Source: Kiritimatiellia bacterium
GTDB taxonomy: Bacteria > Verrucomicrobiota > Kiritimatiellia > CAIVKH01
DNA: 35,539 bases
Direction: 5' to 3'
Assembly (NCBI GenBank): GCA_049451655.1
Contig: JBMTVS010000001.1
Location: 1 to 35,539 of the forward strand
Position numbers and translations under genes: made by a program. Within the stretch, counting starts at the first letter, position 1; each line of letters starts with the position of its first letter. Positions 34,592 through 35,539 of the stretch are shown here, piece after piece. The notes beneath the pieces are model-generated. The model made no database searches, was not told the origin of the DNA, and worked only from the letters and a program-made list of their open reading frames with translations.

Positions 34592-35449
34592 ATGGATAAA
34601 GACGTAGACAATGCGTTAACCGCCGTGGAATGGCCACCCGGCCCCGCCGAAAAAATGGCGGCACTGGAACAGCGTTTTGCCGGTATGGGCTCGGTGATTG
34701 TGGCATTCAGTGCCGGGGTGGACAGCACCTTTCTCGCCGCCATGGCGCACAAGGTGTTGGGCGACAAAGCGTTAATTGTTACCGCAACCTCGCCCTCCTT
34801 CCCTGCGCGCGAGCTCGAGGAAGCCGTCGAGCTGGCCCGCTCACTGGGCCTGAACCACCGCGTGATTCAATCCAACGAGTTGGCCAATCCCGACTACGCG
34901 AACAATCCCGACAGCCGCTGCTACCACTGCAAGACCGAGCTCTACGGCCTGCTGCGAGATATTGCCGACCGCGAGGAATATGCCCGCATCGTGGATGGCA
35001 CCAATGTCGATGATATGAACGATTATCGGCCCGGTGCCCTGGCCGCCCGCGAGAAACGGGTCGAGAGCCCGCTGCAGGAGCTCGGCTTCACCAAGGCCGA
35101 CATCCGCGAAGCCTCACGCCTGCTCGGACTCAAGACCCACGACAAACCTGCTTTCTCGTGCCTCGCCTCCCGCTTTCCCTACGGCATCGAAATCACCCGC
35201 GAGGCCCTCAGCCAGGTCGAGCGCGCCGAGGATGGCCTGCGCGAACTTGGGTTCAGCGAATTGCGCGTGCGGGCCCATCAAGACGTCGCCCGCATCGAAC
35301 TGCCCGCCGACCAGATTGCCCGCGCCGCCGCGCCTGAGATGCGCGATAAAATCTCCACCCTGCTCAAGGGCTGCGGCTTCCGCTACGTCTCGCTCGATCT
35401 GCAGGGTTACCGCCGCGGGAGTTTAAACGAAGTTTTTAAGCGGGTGTAA
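34592..35449 (+). CDS. larE: NPN-cofactor sulfur transferase LarE (PP-loop ATP pyrophosphatase family)
   Basis: PP-loop VAFSAGVDST, and conserved SRCYHCKTELY and AFSCLASRFPYG motifs typical of LarE. ~280 aa. ATG at 34655 (MAALEQRF...) is an alternative start. Confidence 0.8.
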   Translation: MDKDVDNALTAVEWPPGPAEKMAALEQRFAGMGSVIVAFSAGVDSTFLAAMAHKVLGDKALIVTATSPSFPARELEEAVELARSLGLNHRVIQSNELANPDYANNPDSRCYHCKTELYGLLRDIADREEYARIVDGTNVDDMNDYRPGALAAREKRVESPLQELGFTKADIREASRLLGLKTHDKPAFSCLASRFPYGIEITREALSQVERAEDGLRELGFSELRVRAHQDVARIELPADQIARAAAPEMRDKISTLLKGCGFRYVSLDLQGYRRGSLNEVFKRV

Positions 35450-35539
35450 GCGCACCTGGTGTTGCAACCGGTTACGAAGAGATTGGGGTGTACGAGTATG
35501 TGTAAGAGTAAGTGTAAAATCAGTCCTTACTCGTACACA

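Noticed and set aside
34422-34706. 95-codon N-terminal extension of the small pseudopilin ORF (235-aa version)
   Set aside because: Prepilins start with a short basic leader directly before the G|xTLxE motif, which MKRFNTNSACSG|MTLVE satisfies. The extension crosses the divergent promoter region and overlaps the larE start.
35488-35538. 11-bp inverted repeat GTGTACGAGTA ... TACTCGTACAC with a 29-nt loop, 39 nt after the larE stop
   Set aside because: It could be a terminator-like hairpin or the edge of a repeat element. It abuts the window end, has a large loop, and the downstream context (U-run, partner repeats) is not visible, so it cannot be interpreted.

Overview
Gene-dense, moderately GC-rich bacterial chromosomal segment with about 33 protein genes, 1 tRNA and 1 riboswitch. 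I see no rRNA, CRISPR array, transposase, integrase or phage genes. Most of it is housekeeping: purine synthesis (purS-purL fusion and purQ), dTDP-rhamnose (rfbA, rfbC), hrpB, nadK, maf, trxB, hsp20-lon, ftsK, a rodZ-like gene, pgsA and a WbaP-type sugar transferase. The nickel-pincer (NPN) cofactor genes larB-larC lie at one end and larE at the other; there is no larA in the window. A PEP-CTERM sorting signal, prepilin-type N-termini on unusually large proteins, and the gene content suggest a Gram-negative of the PVC type (Verrucomicrobiota/Kiritimatiellota-like), at low confidence. Five items deserve a second look. (1) A well-formed cobalamin riboswitch (20641-20788) has as its only downstream gene an uncharacterised 205-aa PEP-CTERM protein, a candidate undescribed surface B12-capture factor. 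(2) A pilV/pilW/pilX-like minor-pseudopilin module includes a 696-aa giant pseudopilin, is followed by a sensor-less orphan histidine kinase, and has no assembly ATPase, platform or secretin nearby. (3) A 150-aa protein has a Cys4 knuckle, a poly-acidic body and a histone-H1-like Lys-rich tail, behind a structured 200-nt leader. (4) TGCTATAnTCC extended -10-like elements sit 6-7 nt from three start codons, implying leaderless or near-leaderless mRNAs. (5) An operator-like GCGAAA repeat lies in the larE/pseudopilin divergent region. None of these can be proven novel from sequence alone. All family assignments come from motif recognition by eye and need HMM/CM searches.
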